The position numbers and the translations under genes were made by a program. From NCBI GenBank assembly GCA_017473335.1, contig JAFULN010000018.1, forward strand, positions 557-64,556: a stretch of DNA of 64,000 nucleotides, given 5' to 3'. Below are positions 46,193-54,922 of the stretch, piece after piece (position 1 is the stretch's first letter; each line of letters begins with the position of its first letter). Source of the DNA: Erysipelotrichaceae bacterium. GTDB taxonomy: Bacteria; Bacillota_I; Bacilli_A; Erysipelotrichales; Erysipelotrichaceae. The notes below the pieces were generated by a model. The model was given only the letters and a program-made list of their open reading frames with translations. It was not told the DNA's origin and made no database searches.

Positions 46193-46863
46193 AAAAATTA
46201 ACCATTCTATTAAGTCTTCTATGCCTATGTGCATGTACTGCACCAGAAAAACCTGAAGTCACTAACACTCCTTTACCCAAAGAACCAGAAGTCCTCGTCC
46301 TTCCAGCCAAAGAAATCCCAGGCAGTACAAAAATGTCTGAATCACCCATCACTCCTAAAAATATTGATGATTATCTCTTCCGCCAAGACTGTATTTATCT
46401 AGACACACGATACCCTTATCAGTTTTACCAGGAAGGATGCATTGCAGGATTCATGAATCTTCCATTCTATGAATACATTGCAGATTTCAACAAAGAAGCA
46501 GGTGCTTTGTTTACCATCACAAAAATCACAAAAGATGATGGAACAATCATCCTGCCAGGAGATCCTGGAAGCTTTGTTCCTAATTATGAAGAGTCAGAAG
46601 AGCTCATCAAAGATATCATCCCTCAGGATAAACATATTCTAGCTATCGCAACTGCCGGTGTGGAATCCAGCTATCTGTTAAGCCTTTTGATTCAGCTAGG
46701 TTATGACCCTTCACTTCTTTATAATGTAGGTTCATTCACAACTGGAATGGGTGAAGATATTGCATATCGAGCTTTTGAAAACGCAAAACATCTTATCCCC
46801 CCAATGGAACTCTATGAAACAAAAATCACATTCCAATGGGAAAACCTTACTCCATTAAAATAG
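46189..46863 (+). CDS. Rhodanese-like lipoprotein lacking the catalytic Cys (paralog of 43109-43792)
   Basis: Lipobox LCACT. Aligns with the other rhodanese (YEES..P.D, LYNVG), but the active-site loop reads ATAGVES. ATGA overlap with apbE. Confidence 0.7.
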   Translation: MKKLTILLSLLCLCACTAPEKPEVTNTPLPKEPEVLVLPAKEIPGSTKMSESPITPKNIDDYLFRQDCIYLDTRYPYQFYQEGCIAGFMNLPFYEYIADFNKEAGALFTITKITKDDGTIILPGDPGSFVPNYEESEELIKDIIPQDKHILAIATAGVESSYLLSLLIQLGYDPSLLYNVGSFTTGMGEDIAYRAFENAKHLIPPMELYETKITFQWENLTPLK

Positions 46864-46877
46864 TTATATATAGACCT

Positions 46878-46909
46878 AGCGCCTTGTCAAATAGACAAGG
46901 CGCTTTTTA
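46878..46909. terminator. Bidirectional terminator
   Basis: AGCGCCTTGTC / GACAAGGCGCT stem followed by TTTTT. Confidence 0.8.
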
Positions 46910-47971
46910 GTTTGGATATTCAATTTTTACTGTGATTTCATTTAAAGTTTCAGACATGCTTTCACTCACCATCAGTTCATGTCCTTCTGCTACAGAGATT
47001 TTATTTCCATCTTTCAATTCAATCTGTCTCTCTAATACAGAATAAACCATTGCAGACATAAACTCATGCAGTTCCTCAGGTTCTGCAAACGTATCCAAAA
47101 GTTCAATTTCATGATAGCCAAGACATTTCATTCCATAAGTATATCCAGATAAACCTTTAGAAGTACGATAAAAGCCAAAATGAATCAAGTTATACATAGG
47201 AATCTGGCCATCTTTCATCAAATCTGAACACTCATCATAGAATCCAGGTTCAAACACAGTACCACTTGTACTAATTGCAAGAACATTATCCTGCATGCTC
47301 GCACAGCTTAATAGCTTTACATGCAGCTTACCAGCTTCTATACGCGATGATCCAGAATGAACACAAACTTCCAGGTAAGCCTGGTGATATTTGACAATTT
47401 CAAGAACATCTGGCCAGTCGATATTGGATGCCGCATTGATTTCTGCCTCATGATTAGAAAGCTGTCCATCACAAAGAGTCAGTACAACATGCATATCATT
47501 CACATCAAACATCAGCTGATGATGATCTTCTTCTGTTTCAACTTGCACATTCCATCGTTCTGCAAGCTCTAATCTTAAACTTTCAAAATCCCATTCGTAA
47601 TTTGCCAGAAGTACATTCCCAACAAAGATGCCATCATCTGCATTCTCTCTAAACTTCTTCTCTATAATAGACGCATATGAGTTCCAATACTCTTCCACTT
47701 CTTCCACCAGTGCCTCTGCCTGCTCAATCTCATTACCTTCCATTAAAAGTTCCATCTTTGAGTTAATATGACCACTGTGTTCAGCTGCACCCTGTTCATA
47801 TCCCCCTGCAACGCCAATCAGCAGCTCACTTCCTGCCAGCTGATATTCAATCACATAATAATTTAAATCATTTCTTACAAAGTGATTCACTACATCAACA
47901 AACACAGGAGTTACCCCCTGCTGTTTCAGCCATGCACTAAAATGTCCTTTTGCAATTTCTTTCTGATTCAT
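46907..47971 (-). CDS. Hypothetical cytoplasmic protein (354 aa)
   Basis: AAGGAG SD, acidic, no TM segment. No family assigned with confidence. Confidence 0.5.
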   Translation of the reverse strand: MNQKEIAKGHFSAWLKQQGVTPVFVDVVNHFVRNDLNYYVIEYQLAGSELLIGVAGGYEQGAAEHSGHINSKMELLMEGNEIEQAEALVEEVEEYWNSYASIIEKKFRENADDGIFVGNVLLANYEWDFESLRLELAERWNVQVETEEDHHQLMFDVNDMHVVLTLCDGQLSNHEAEINAASNIDWPDVLEIVKYHQAYLEVCVHSGSSRIEAGKLHVKLLSCASMQDNVLAISTSGTVFEPGFYDECSDLMKDGQIPMYNLIHFGFYRTSKGLSGYTYGMKCLGYHEIELLDTFAEPEELHEFMSAMVYSVLERQIELKDGNKISVAEGHELMVSESMSETLNEITVKIEYPN

Positions 47972-47998
47972 TCTTTCACTCCTTCAAAAGAAAAGCAT

Positions 47999-48340
47999 CT
48001 ATTTGATGCATTCTTTATTCACCTTTCTACAGCAGTTTCTACATCTGTTTTCACTTGTACAAACTTGATAAGTTCCGCCTTCGATTTTTAATGTACCCCC
48101 ATTTATCAAATACAAAGCCATCTTTTTACGCGCAGAATCATATAGACGAGTAATCGTCGTACGAGCTGCATTCATACGTTCAGCACATTCTGCCTGTGAT
48201 AAATCATGGCCATCAATCCAGCGTATAGTCTCATACTCTTCCAGTGTCAAAGAGATTTCCTGAGGATTTGTCTGTAATGAAGAAAAAGACTGACACTTTG
48301 GCATCTCACAGATTCTTTTGCACTTGCTTGGTCTTGCCAT
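47999..48340 (-). CDS. DUF134 (UPF0251) DNA-binding protein with a Cys-rich tail
   Basis: MARPSKCKRI start, sigma70-r4-like LSQAECAERMNAARTTITRLY, C-terminal CRNCCRK. ATG at 48340 after GGGGGTGA. Confidence 0.75.
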   Translation of the reverse strand: MARPSKCKRICEMPKCQSFSSLQTNPQEISLTLEEYETIRWIDGHDLSQAECAERMNAARTTITRLYDSARKKMALYLINGGTLKIEGGTYQVCTSENRCRNCCRKVNKECIK

Positions 48341-48410
48341 AAATTCACCCCCAATAATTGACATATGTCATTAATAAGTTTATCATATTATTGAATAAGG
48401 AGATTATACC

Positions 48411-48779
48411 ATGAAAATCGCAATTCCAACTCAAAACAATCAAGTTTGGCAGCATTTTGGAAGAAGTCCAGAATTTACGATGTATACCATCGAAAACCAA
48501 AAAATCATTAAAAAAGAAATTGTTTTAGCCAATGGTGCAGGACACACTGATTTAGTCATGCTGCTAAAACGACATTTCGTCAATGTACTGATTTGCGGAG
48601 GTCTGGGAAGCTGCGCTATTGAATGCGCACATGCTAATCACATCGAAGTATACAGCGGTACATCTGGCAATGCAGATGACATTCTTCATCATTATCTCAA
48701 TGGCACATTAAATGCACTGAATACACCAACCTGTGATCATCACGATCATGATGACCATCACGAGTGCCATTGTCATTAA
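48411..48779 (+). CDS. NifB/NifX-family (dinitrogenase Fe-Mo cofactor-like) small protein with a His/Cys-rich tail
   Basis: MKIAIPT..V.QHFGRSPEF start and C-terminal CDHHDHDDHHECHCH. Confidence 0.7.
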   Translation: MKIAIPTQNNQVWQHFGRSPEFTMYTIENQKIIKKEIVLANGAGHTDLVMLLKRHFVNVLICGGLGSCAIECAHANHIEVYSGTSGNADDILHHYLNGTLNALNTPTCDHHDHDDHHECHCH

Positions 48780-48780
48780 A

Positions 48781-48805
48781 GGACAGAATCTATAAGATTC
48801 TGTCC
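48781..48805. terminator. Hairpin between convergent genes
   Basis: GGACAGAATC / GATTCTGTCC stem with a TATAA loop. Confidence 0.65.
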
Positions 48806-48806
48806 T

Positions 48807-49976
48807 TTATTTTAATCCTCTTTTTATTAAAAATGCTTCAATACGAGTCAATGCTTCTTTGATTTCATCAATGCTGTAAGCATAGGAGATGCGCACATAG
48901 CCTTCCCCTGCTGCTCCAAAAGCATTTCCTGGAACCACTGCAACCTTTTGATCATTTAACAGTTCTTCACAAAATTGTTCAGAAGTCATCCCTGTGGATT
49001 GAATGCTAGGAAACACATAGAAAGCACCCTTTGGCATATGACATTTCAACCCAATGCGATTTAATCCATTCACAATATAATTTCTACGCATCAGAAACTG
49101 TTTTGACATCATCTCAATATCGCCATCGCCATTTTTTGCAGCCTCGACTGCAGCATATTGTGCAATCGTATTTGGACACATCTGCGCATATTGATGAATC
49201 ATCAAAAATGCATGGATAACATCCGGATGTGCACACAGATATCCCATACGCCATCCTGTCATTGAATACGCCTTAGAAAAACCACTCATTAAAATGACTT
49301 GATCTTTAATTTCATCAAATGACGCAATACTGCAGTGTTTCCCCTCATAAGTCAATTCTGCATAGATTTCATCTGATACGACAAACAATTCATGTTTCTG
49401 AATCAAAGGAACCAATTCTGCATAATCTTCTTTGGTCATGACTCCACCAGTTGGATTACCTGGAAAGTTCAAAAACAACATCTTTGTCTTTTCAGTAATG
49501 GCTTCTTCCAAAAGCTCTTTTGTCAGTTTAAAACCATTTTCTTCTTTGCATTGTACATACACCGGAACTCCTCCAGCCATCTGTACAAGCGGTGAATATG
49601 CAACATAAGTCGGTGAAACAAGAATGACTTCATCACCAGGTTCTAAAATAGCACGGAACACTAAATCAATTCCCTGTGATGCTCCTGAAGTAATTAAAAT
49701 CTGTGAAGGATCATACTCCAGATTAAATCTTCTTCTTTGATAGTCTGATACTGCTTCTCTTAATTCCAGCAGTCCCATATTCCCTGTATAGAACGTATAT
49801 CCCTTCTCAATCGCATAAATAGCTTCTGCACGAATATGCCAAGGAGTATCAAAATCCGGTTCTCCTACCCCCAGCGAGATAACCCCTTCCATAGTATTAG
49901 CCAAATCAAAAAACTTACGGATTCCAGACTTTGGCAAGTCTCTTGCAACTGGATTTAAATGATCTCTGATAATCAT
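48807..49976 (-). CDS. Class I/II PLP-dependent aminotransferase (aspartate/aromatic type)
   Basis: SGFSKAYSMTGWRMGY PLP-lysine motif and NPTG motif. Confidence 0.85.
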   Translation of the reverse strand: MIIRDHLNPVARDLPKSGIRKFFDLANTMEGVISLGVGEPDFDTPWHIRAEAIYAIEKGYTFYTGNMGLLELREAVSDYQRRRFNLEYDPSQILITSGASQGIDLVFRAILEPGDEVILVSPTYVAYSPLVQMAGGVPVYVQCKEENGFKLTKELLEEAITEKTKMLFLNFPGNPTGGVMTKEDYAELVPLIQKHELFVVSDEIYAELTYEGKHCSIASFDEIKDQVILMSGFSKAYSMTGWRMGYLCAHPDVIHAFLMIHQYAQMCPNTIAQYAAVEAAKNGDGDIEMMSKQFLMRRNYIVNGLNRIGLKCHMPKGAFYVFPSIQSTGMTSEQFCEELLNDQKVAVVPGNAFGAAGEGYVRISYAYSIDEIKEALTRIEAFLIKRGLK

Positions 49977-50461
49977 GGAGTAACCGCCAATCTAGTCTGA
50001 GCACTTCTGTTTTCTTCCAGTGGAACTCCTTCAATCTTGTACTGTTTCAATACAAATGAAGTTACTGTTCCTTTCACACCATCAATTGGAGCCAGCTTGC
50101 TGCCAACAAATTCCGCAACTTCTCTCATTGTCTTCCCTTTGATAATTACAGTGAATTCATATTTCCCGCTCATCAAATACAAAGAAGATACCTCAGGATA
50201 CTTCACAATCTGCTGAGCCACATTATCATATCCTTTATCTCTTTCTGGTGTTGCATTGACTTCAATCAACGCAACAACCTTTTCTTTATTTGCCTTATCC
50301 CAGTTAATGACTGTATGATAACCGCAAATTACCTTCTCTTTTTTTAGACGATCAATTGTTTTTCTTACTTCATCTTCTGATGAATTTAAAATATCAGCTA
50401 AATCTGTCACTTTCAATCTAGCATTTTGTTCAAGCGCTTCAAGAAGCATTAATTCATCCAT
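49973..50461 (-). CDS. Lrp/AsnC-family transcriptional regulator
   Basis: HTH N-terminus (NARLKVTDLADIL) and a C-terminal RAM/AsnC domain. ATGA overlap with the aminotransferase gene. Confidence 0.8.
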   Translation of the reverse strand: MDELMLLEALEQNARLKVTDLADILNSSEDEVRKTIDRLKKEKVICGYHTVINWDKANKEKVVALIEVNATPERDKGYDNVAQQIVKYPEVSSLYLMSGKYEFTVIIKGKTMREVAEFVGSKLAPIDGVKGTVTSFVLKQYKIEGVPLEENRSAQTRLAVTP

Positions 50462-50630
50462 AGGAACACCCCTTTATTTATAATGTGATTATACATTATC
50501 ATATCCACGAAAACTATGTTTTTCCTTTAATTATTTTCTTAACAAGCGTATTTATTTAATATTTCTTCTATAATGAAAGCGTTTTATATGAAAATAATTT
50601 TCAAAAACCTTAAAAAAAGCCTTTGTTTCC

Positions 50631-50659
50631 TTGATTTCTTAAGTGTTCTTTGATAGAAT
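50631..50659 (+). promoter_or_regulatory. Sigma-A promoter with an extended -10
   Basis: TTGATT (50631-50636), 17 nt, TAGAAT (50654-50659), preceded by TGA. Confidence 0.55.
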
Positions 50660-50715
50660 ACATGCGTTTGAGTAAAACAAGAAACCTAATCAATTTACAA
50701 GGAGGTTATTATATT

Positions 50716-51012
50716 ATGGCAAAGAAAACACAAATGGAATATGTTGAAATCATCAATCAGATGAAGCTTGAAAATCAGGCAAAGGGCTGGCTGTGGTTTG
50801 AACTGAACGCTAAAGATTTGAATGAAGAAATCGAACCTAAGGTAAGCAATGTAACTGCAGTATGCAAGGCTATGCTGGAAACAATGCTGGAAGGTGATCA
50901 CTTCATCGTTGAACCAAAGATCAAATCTAAGGTTAGCGGAGCTCTGAGAGTTCGTTACTATGTTGACAACCTGAGCCCAGAACGCCGTACTTACGCTGAA
51001 GCTAACGCGTAA
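50716..51012 (+). CDS. Hypothetical small protein (98 aa)
   Basis: ATG lies 7 nt after AAGGAGG. The gene has its own promoter and terminator. The track start at 50650 lies inside the promoter. Confidence 0.55.
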   Translation: MAKKTQMEYVEIINQMKLENQAKGWLWFELNAKDLNEEIEPKVSNVTAVCKAMLETMLEGDHFIVEPKIKSKVSGALRVRYYVDNLSPERRTYAEANA

Positions 51013-51030
51013 ATCATTATCATTAAGAAT

Positions 51031-51061
51031 AAAGGCACTCGACTTCATATCGAGTGCCTTT
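51031..51061. terminator. Bidirectional terminator
   Basis: AAAGGCACTCGA / TCGAGTGCCTTT stem followed by a T-run. Confidence 0.8.
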
Positions 51062-51064
51062 TTC

Positions 51065-51751
51065 TTATTCATCAGAATTCATCAGTCTTAACTGACCATC
51101 TTCTAGTTTAACACGTAAATCTGATAACTTAGAAACTGCATTAGAGTGTGTTACTACAATGACTGTTTTGCCAAAGTTTTCTGTTAAATCCTTGAAGATT
51201 TTAATGATTTCTTCTTCGGTTGCAGTATCAAGGTTTCCAGTTGGTTCATCCGCAAAGATTAAATCAACATTGGAACCTAGTGCACGAGCTATCGCTACAC
51301 GCTGCTGTTCTCCACCAGAGAGCTTTGATACTAATCGATTGGCTTTTGATCTTCCAATTCCAAACTTCTCTAAAAGGGCATAAGCTACTCCCTTTTTATT
51401 TTTAGGGATTGGATTATCTGTTTCACTCATTGCCAGAAGTACGTTCTCATGAGCTGTCAAATAATTGATCAGATTGTACTGCTGGAATACAATTGCCATT
51501 TTATTACGACGATACTTATTTAATCCGATTTTCTGTACATCTTCACCCTCATAATAGAAAGTACCTGATTCTGGTGTATCTAAGCCAGCAATAATTGATA
51601 ACAGCGTTGTTTTCCCTGAACCAGATGGACCCAGAATCGTATAGAACTTCCCTGCTTCAAACTCAAAGCTGCAGTCTTTTAAAATAGTTCGTTTCATTCC
51701 TCCATCAATATAGCTGTAATTGATGTTTTCAAGTTTCAGTAATGTTGACAT
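51065..51751 (-). CDS. ABC transporter ATP-binding protein (MacB/FtsE-type partner)
   Basis: [23 protein letters not shown] and [11 protein letters not shown] motifs. Confidence 0.9.
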   Translation of the reverse strand: MSTLLKLENINYSYIDGGMKRTILKDCSFEFEAGKFYTILGPSGSGKTTLLSIIAGLDTPESGTFYYEGEDVQKIGLNKYRRNKMAIVFQQYNLINYLTAHENVLLAMSETDNPIPKNKKGVAYALLEKFGIGRSKANRLVSKLSGGEQQRVAIARALGSNVDLIFADEPTGNLDTATEEEIIKIFKDLTENFGKTVIVVTHSNAVSKLSDLRVKLEDGQLRLMNSDE

Positions 51752-51763
51752 TTTTCTGCCTCC

Positions 51764-53386
51764 TTACTGTGCACTCATGAGAATCTTCTTAGGATTGTAT
51801 CTCATGATCATAAATGATGGAATTAAAATTGATATCAGTACAATTCCCAAACCAGCCGCATATATTTCACCAATAATCAATGGACTGATATCGACCTTGT
51901 ATTCAGATACCATATCCTCAAGTGAGATTTCTGTGAAGTAGCTGTCATTCCAATTGCCGATGTAGTGGTCTTCATCTTCATTTTCTGTCTGTTCCAAGCC
52001 AGCAAATTCAACCTGATATTGAAGCATTTCTTCCCCAACTTTTCCGGCAATCATCGTACCGCTTCCAACGGATAATGTAAATCCAATAATGGCTACAATT
52101 GCCAGTTCCACAAAGAACTGTCCAACAACTTTTAGTTTCGATACCCCCTGAGACAACAGAACACCTATTTCATATTCACGAGTTTTCAGTGTGAGTGCTG
52201 TCACAAGAGTGATAATTACCACTGCATTAATCAATACAAGCCCTACAATCAATGAGGCAAACAGTGTCAGTGTGTCTAGAGGTCTAGCTAGCTGTTTGAA
52301 TGTTTCATTGTTGGCATTGAGTTCTCTAAACTGACCTTCCAGTGTTGCCTCTACTTCTTCAACAAAATTATCGACTTCAAGTGGATCATGCAGCAACAAG
52401 GTCACAGATGTTTTACTTAAGATAGAATCCATCGTAGGACGATTGTCATCATTTTGATAATATTCATCATCTGGCCACATTTCTTTATAATAATCCCAGC
52501 TGATAGAAGATAAGTTGTACTGGTATTCTGCATATACACTATCTGGCATCAATACAACATTTTCTGGAGATTCCATCTTGCTCATCCACTCAAAGTTTTC
52601 AGCAGTTGGATCTACTTCTGTCATATTGTTAAAAATGCCGATGACTTCTAACTCCATTTTGACATCTTCTTCAGTGATTCCAAGATCCTGATACCAGCTG
52701 TTGAACGATGAGTTGAAATCTGCAGGTGATTCAAATGAAATCTCAATTGTATCTCCTACAGAAAGATTGTTGTATTCTGCCATAGTATCTGTAATCAAAC
52801 ATACATGTGCAGCATCATCAATCTCTTCTTGAGAAAACATTTCACCTTCCACCATTACAAACATTTCATCCGCAAATTCAATCATATTTGGATAAGCGTT
52901 GGCTTTAATAAAGATTTCTGGCTCAATCCACACATATTCTTCACAGACTTCCTGTCCATTTTCATCAATATAACAGCTCATACTGGACCCATTTTCACGC
53001 TGTTCATACTCATTGTTCAGTGGAACCGCTTCAAAATCCATAGGCCAAGCCGTTAATGTGGTGAGTGCATTGATTGAGGATAAACGATCATCTGCCATCA
53101 AAGCTTCAATTTCATCTGTTGTAATATATGGATAATGATTATATGCATCCTGCTGTTCATCTTCAGGAAGATTTTGTACATATTCATAGAAAGCATCATA
53201 ATCCATCTGATACGTAATCGCTGCACGCATCTTTTTACGTGTAAGCACTTTAGCTTGTTCAGCCGCATTGCTGATACCTAGCCCTACAATGACAAAATTC
53301 CCAATCACAAAGAACGTCAGCGCCAATAACATGGACTTACTCAGCTTGCGTGTTACATTCTTTAGTGCTCTTTGAAAGAAATTCAT
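51764..53386 (-). CDS. FtsX/MacB-type ABC permease with a large (~330 aa) extracytoplasmic domain
   Basis: TM1 at aa 20-40, a long acidic loop, and three C-terminal TM segments (FtsX domain). GGAAGGGGAG SD. Confidence 0.8.
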   Translation of the reverse strand: MNFFQRALKNVTRKLSKSMLLALTFFVIGNFVIVGLGISNAAEQAKVLTRKKMRAAITYQMDYDAFYEYVQNLPEDEQQDAYNHYPYITTDEIEALMADDRLSSINALTTLTAWPMDFEAVPLNNEYEQRENGSSMSCYIDENGQEVCEEYVWIEPEIFIKANAYPNMIEFADEMFVMVEGEMFSQEEIDDAAHVCLITDTMAEYNNLSVGDTIEISFESPADFNSSFNSWYQDLGITEEDVKMELEVIGIFNNMTEVDPTAENFEWMSKMESPENVVLMPDSVYAEYQYNLSSISWDYYKEMWPDDEYYQNDDNRPTMDSILSKTSVTLLLHDPLEVDNFVEEVEATLEGQFRELNANNETFKQLARPLDTLTLFASLIVGLVLINAVVIITLVTALTLKTREYEIGVLLSQGVSKLKVVGQFFVELAIVAIIGFTLSVGSGTMIAGKVGEEMLQYQVEFAGLEQTENEDEDHYIGNWNDSYFTEISLEDMVSEYKVDISPLIIGEIYAAGLGIVLISILIPSFMIMRYNPKKILMSAQ

Positions 53387-53401
53387 AGAATCTCCCCTTC
53401 C

Positions 53402-54874
53402 TTATTTAATGATATATTCGTGATCTTCGTAAATCTTATCTCCAGAAGTCAGCTGAACTCCTGGATTTGATGCATCATATAATCCTGCATGTTCTGCAGT
53501 TGTTTCAATCGTATATCTGAATCCAAGACCTGTCATAAAGTCTGCCAGAGCTGCTGTAGAATCACTCAGATTTGTTTCATTCAAATCCACCACTAATCCC
53601 TTAGATACTACAACATCAAAACGTGCATCCAATGGAAGTCTTCCACTGCAGGCATAGACTTCATTTGTACTGTAGCTTGAGCACTGCATAGAAATGATTG
53701 TACCCTGAGGATACGTATAACTGTAGGTAGACTGATCAGATCCCCACTGTCCTGCAAACATGTCTGTTCCTTTAGAACGTTCATTGTTACACCAGTCAAC
53801 CAGTGACTGATAACTTGCTCCTACACCAAGATTTGCAGGTAAAACTGGAAGTCCAAGATTCACCACAACTTCAACTTTGTCATCTTCTTTACCTAGCTGT
53901 GTACCAGCTCTTCTTGACTGGGATAATAAATAAGTACTCTTATCTGAATATTTTTCTTTGATTTTCAACAGCCCTGGATTTTCCTGATTCCATTCATTGA
54001 ACTGTTCTTCACTCATCATTGTAAAATCAGGAAGAGTAACTGCTTTCCCCATTGAAACTGTAATAATCAGTGTTTCCCCTTCTTTCATCGTTCTTCCAGA
54101 AGAAACACTTTGTGACAAGACAATACCAGCTTCCTTATCTTCACTGTATGATTCATACACTTCAATCAGAATGCCATTGGATTTTGCCCATGACTCTGCT
54201 TCATACTGACTCTTATCCAAAAAATCCTGAACTGTTACCGTTTTTGCAGGCTGAGGACCTCTGCTGACATTAAATGTCACATTGGTAGAACGAGTAAAAT
54301 CTTCCACTGCAATTCCCTTTAAATCAAAAGAAATCACATATCCTTCTTCAACAGTATCTGAATACATCTGATTGATACGTACTTTTTCCAGTTTGTTTTC
54401 ATCAATCCATTCTTCAACATCATCACGTGTCATGGATAAAACATCTTCAGGGAAATCAACCAACTCATCTGGATCAGCACCTTTAGATACGACAAATGTT
54501 AGTTTAACATCTTCCTTCACTTTCTTGCCAGCCTCTACAGACTGTGAAAGCACCACGCCTTCCTCTGCATTAAAATTATATTCTTCTTTCATAATAATAC
54601 CGCTTGATGCGATGCCCTGCTGACGAACCCATGCAGTAACATCTGCACTTGTCTGTCCTACAAAATCAGGCATTTCAATTTTAGCGCGCAAAAAGATAAA
54701 CCAGATAAGTCCTATCAAAACAACCAAAATCACTGCGGCAACCCCCAGCATTTTAGGATTGAGTGTTATTTTAGGACGTTCAACACGTTCCAGTTTTTCT
54801 TCTTTGAAACTTTCAGGTTTTTTTCCATCAATTTCAACTGCAAGCTGACTTAAATAATCTTTCTTATCTGACAT
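53402..54874 (-). CDS. Kinase-less membrane protein with 4 clear and 1-2 degenerate extracellular PASTA repeats
   Basis: Short cytoplasmic N-terminus and one TM (LGVAAVILVVLIGLIWFIF). Repeats of type PDFVGQT..V..SQSV..G..V..TFVVSKG. ATG at 54874 lies 9 nt after AGGAG. Confidence 0.75.
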   Translation of the reverse strand: MSDKKDYLSQLAVEIDGKKPESFKEEKLERVERPKITLNPKMLGVAAVILVVLIGLIWFIFLRAKIEMPDFVGQTSADVTAWVRQQGIASSGIIMKEEYNFNAEEGVVLSQSVEAGKKVKEDVKLTFVVSKGADPDELVDFPEDVLSMTRDDVEEWIDENKLEKVRINQMYSDTVEEGYVISFDLKGIAVEDFTRSTNVTFNVSRGPQPAKTVTVQDFLDKSQYEAESWAKSNGILIEVYESYSEDKEAGIVLSQSVSSGRTMKEGETLIITVSMGKAVTLPDFTMMSEEQFNEWNQENPGLLKIKEKYSDKSTYLLSQSRRAGTQLGKEDDKVEVVVNLGLPVLPANLGVGASYQSLVDWCNNERSKGTDMFAGQWGSDQSTYSYTYPQGTIISMQCSSYSTNEVYACSGRLPLDARFDVVVSKGLVVDLNETNLSDSTAALADFMTGLGFRYTIETTAEHAGLYDASNPGVQLTSGDKIYEDHEYIIK

Positions 54875-54922
54875 ATTCTTCAACTCCTGTCTTTTCTCTA
54901 TTGTACATAGATTCCTATATTT

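Noticed and set aside
50650-50715. Longer 120-aa version of the small ORF at 50716-51012
   Set aside because: The upstream start falls within the predicted -10 region and lacks an SD, whereas the ATG at 50716 lies 7 nt after AAGGAGG.
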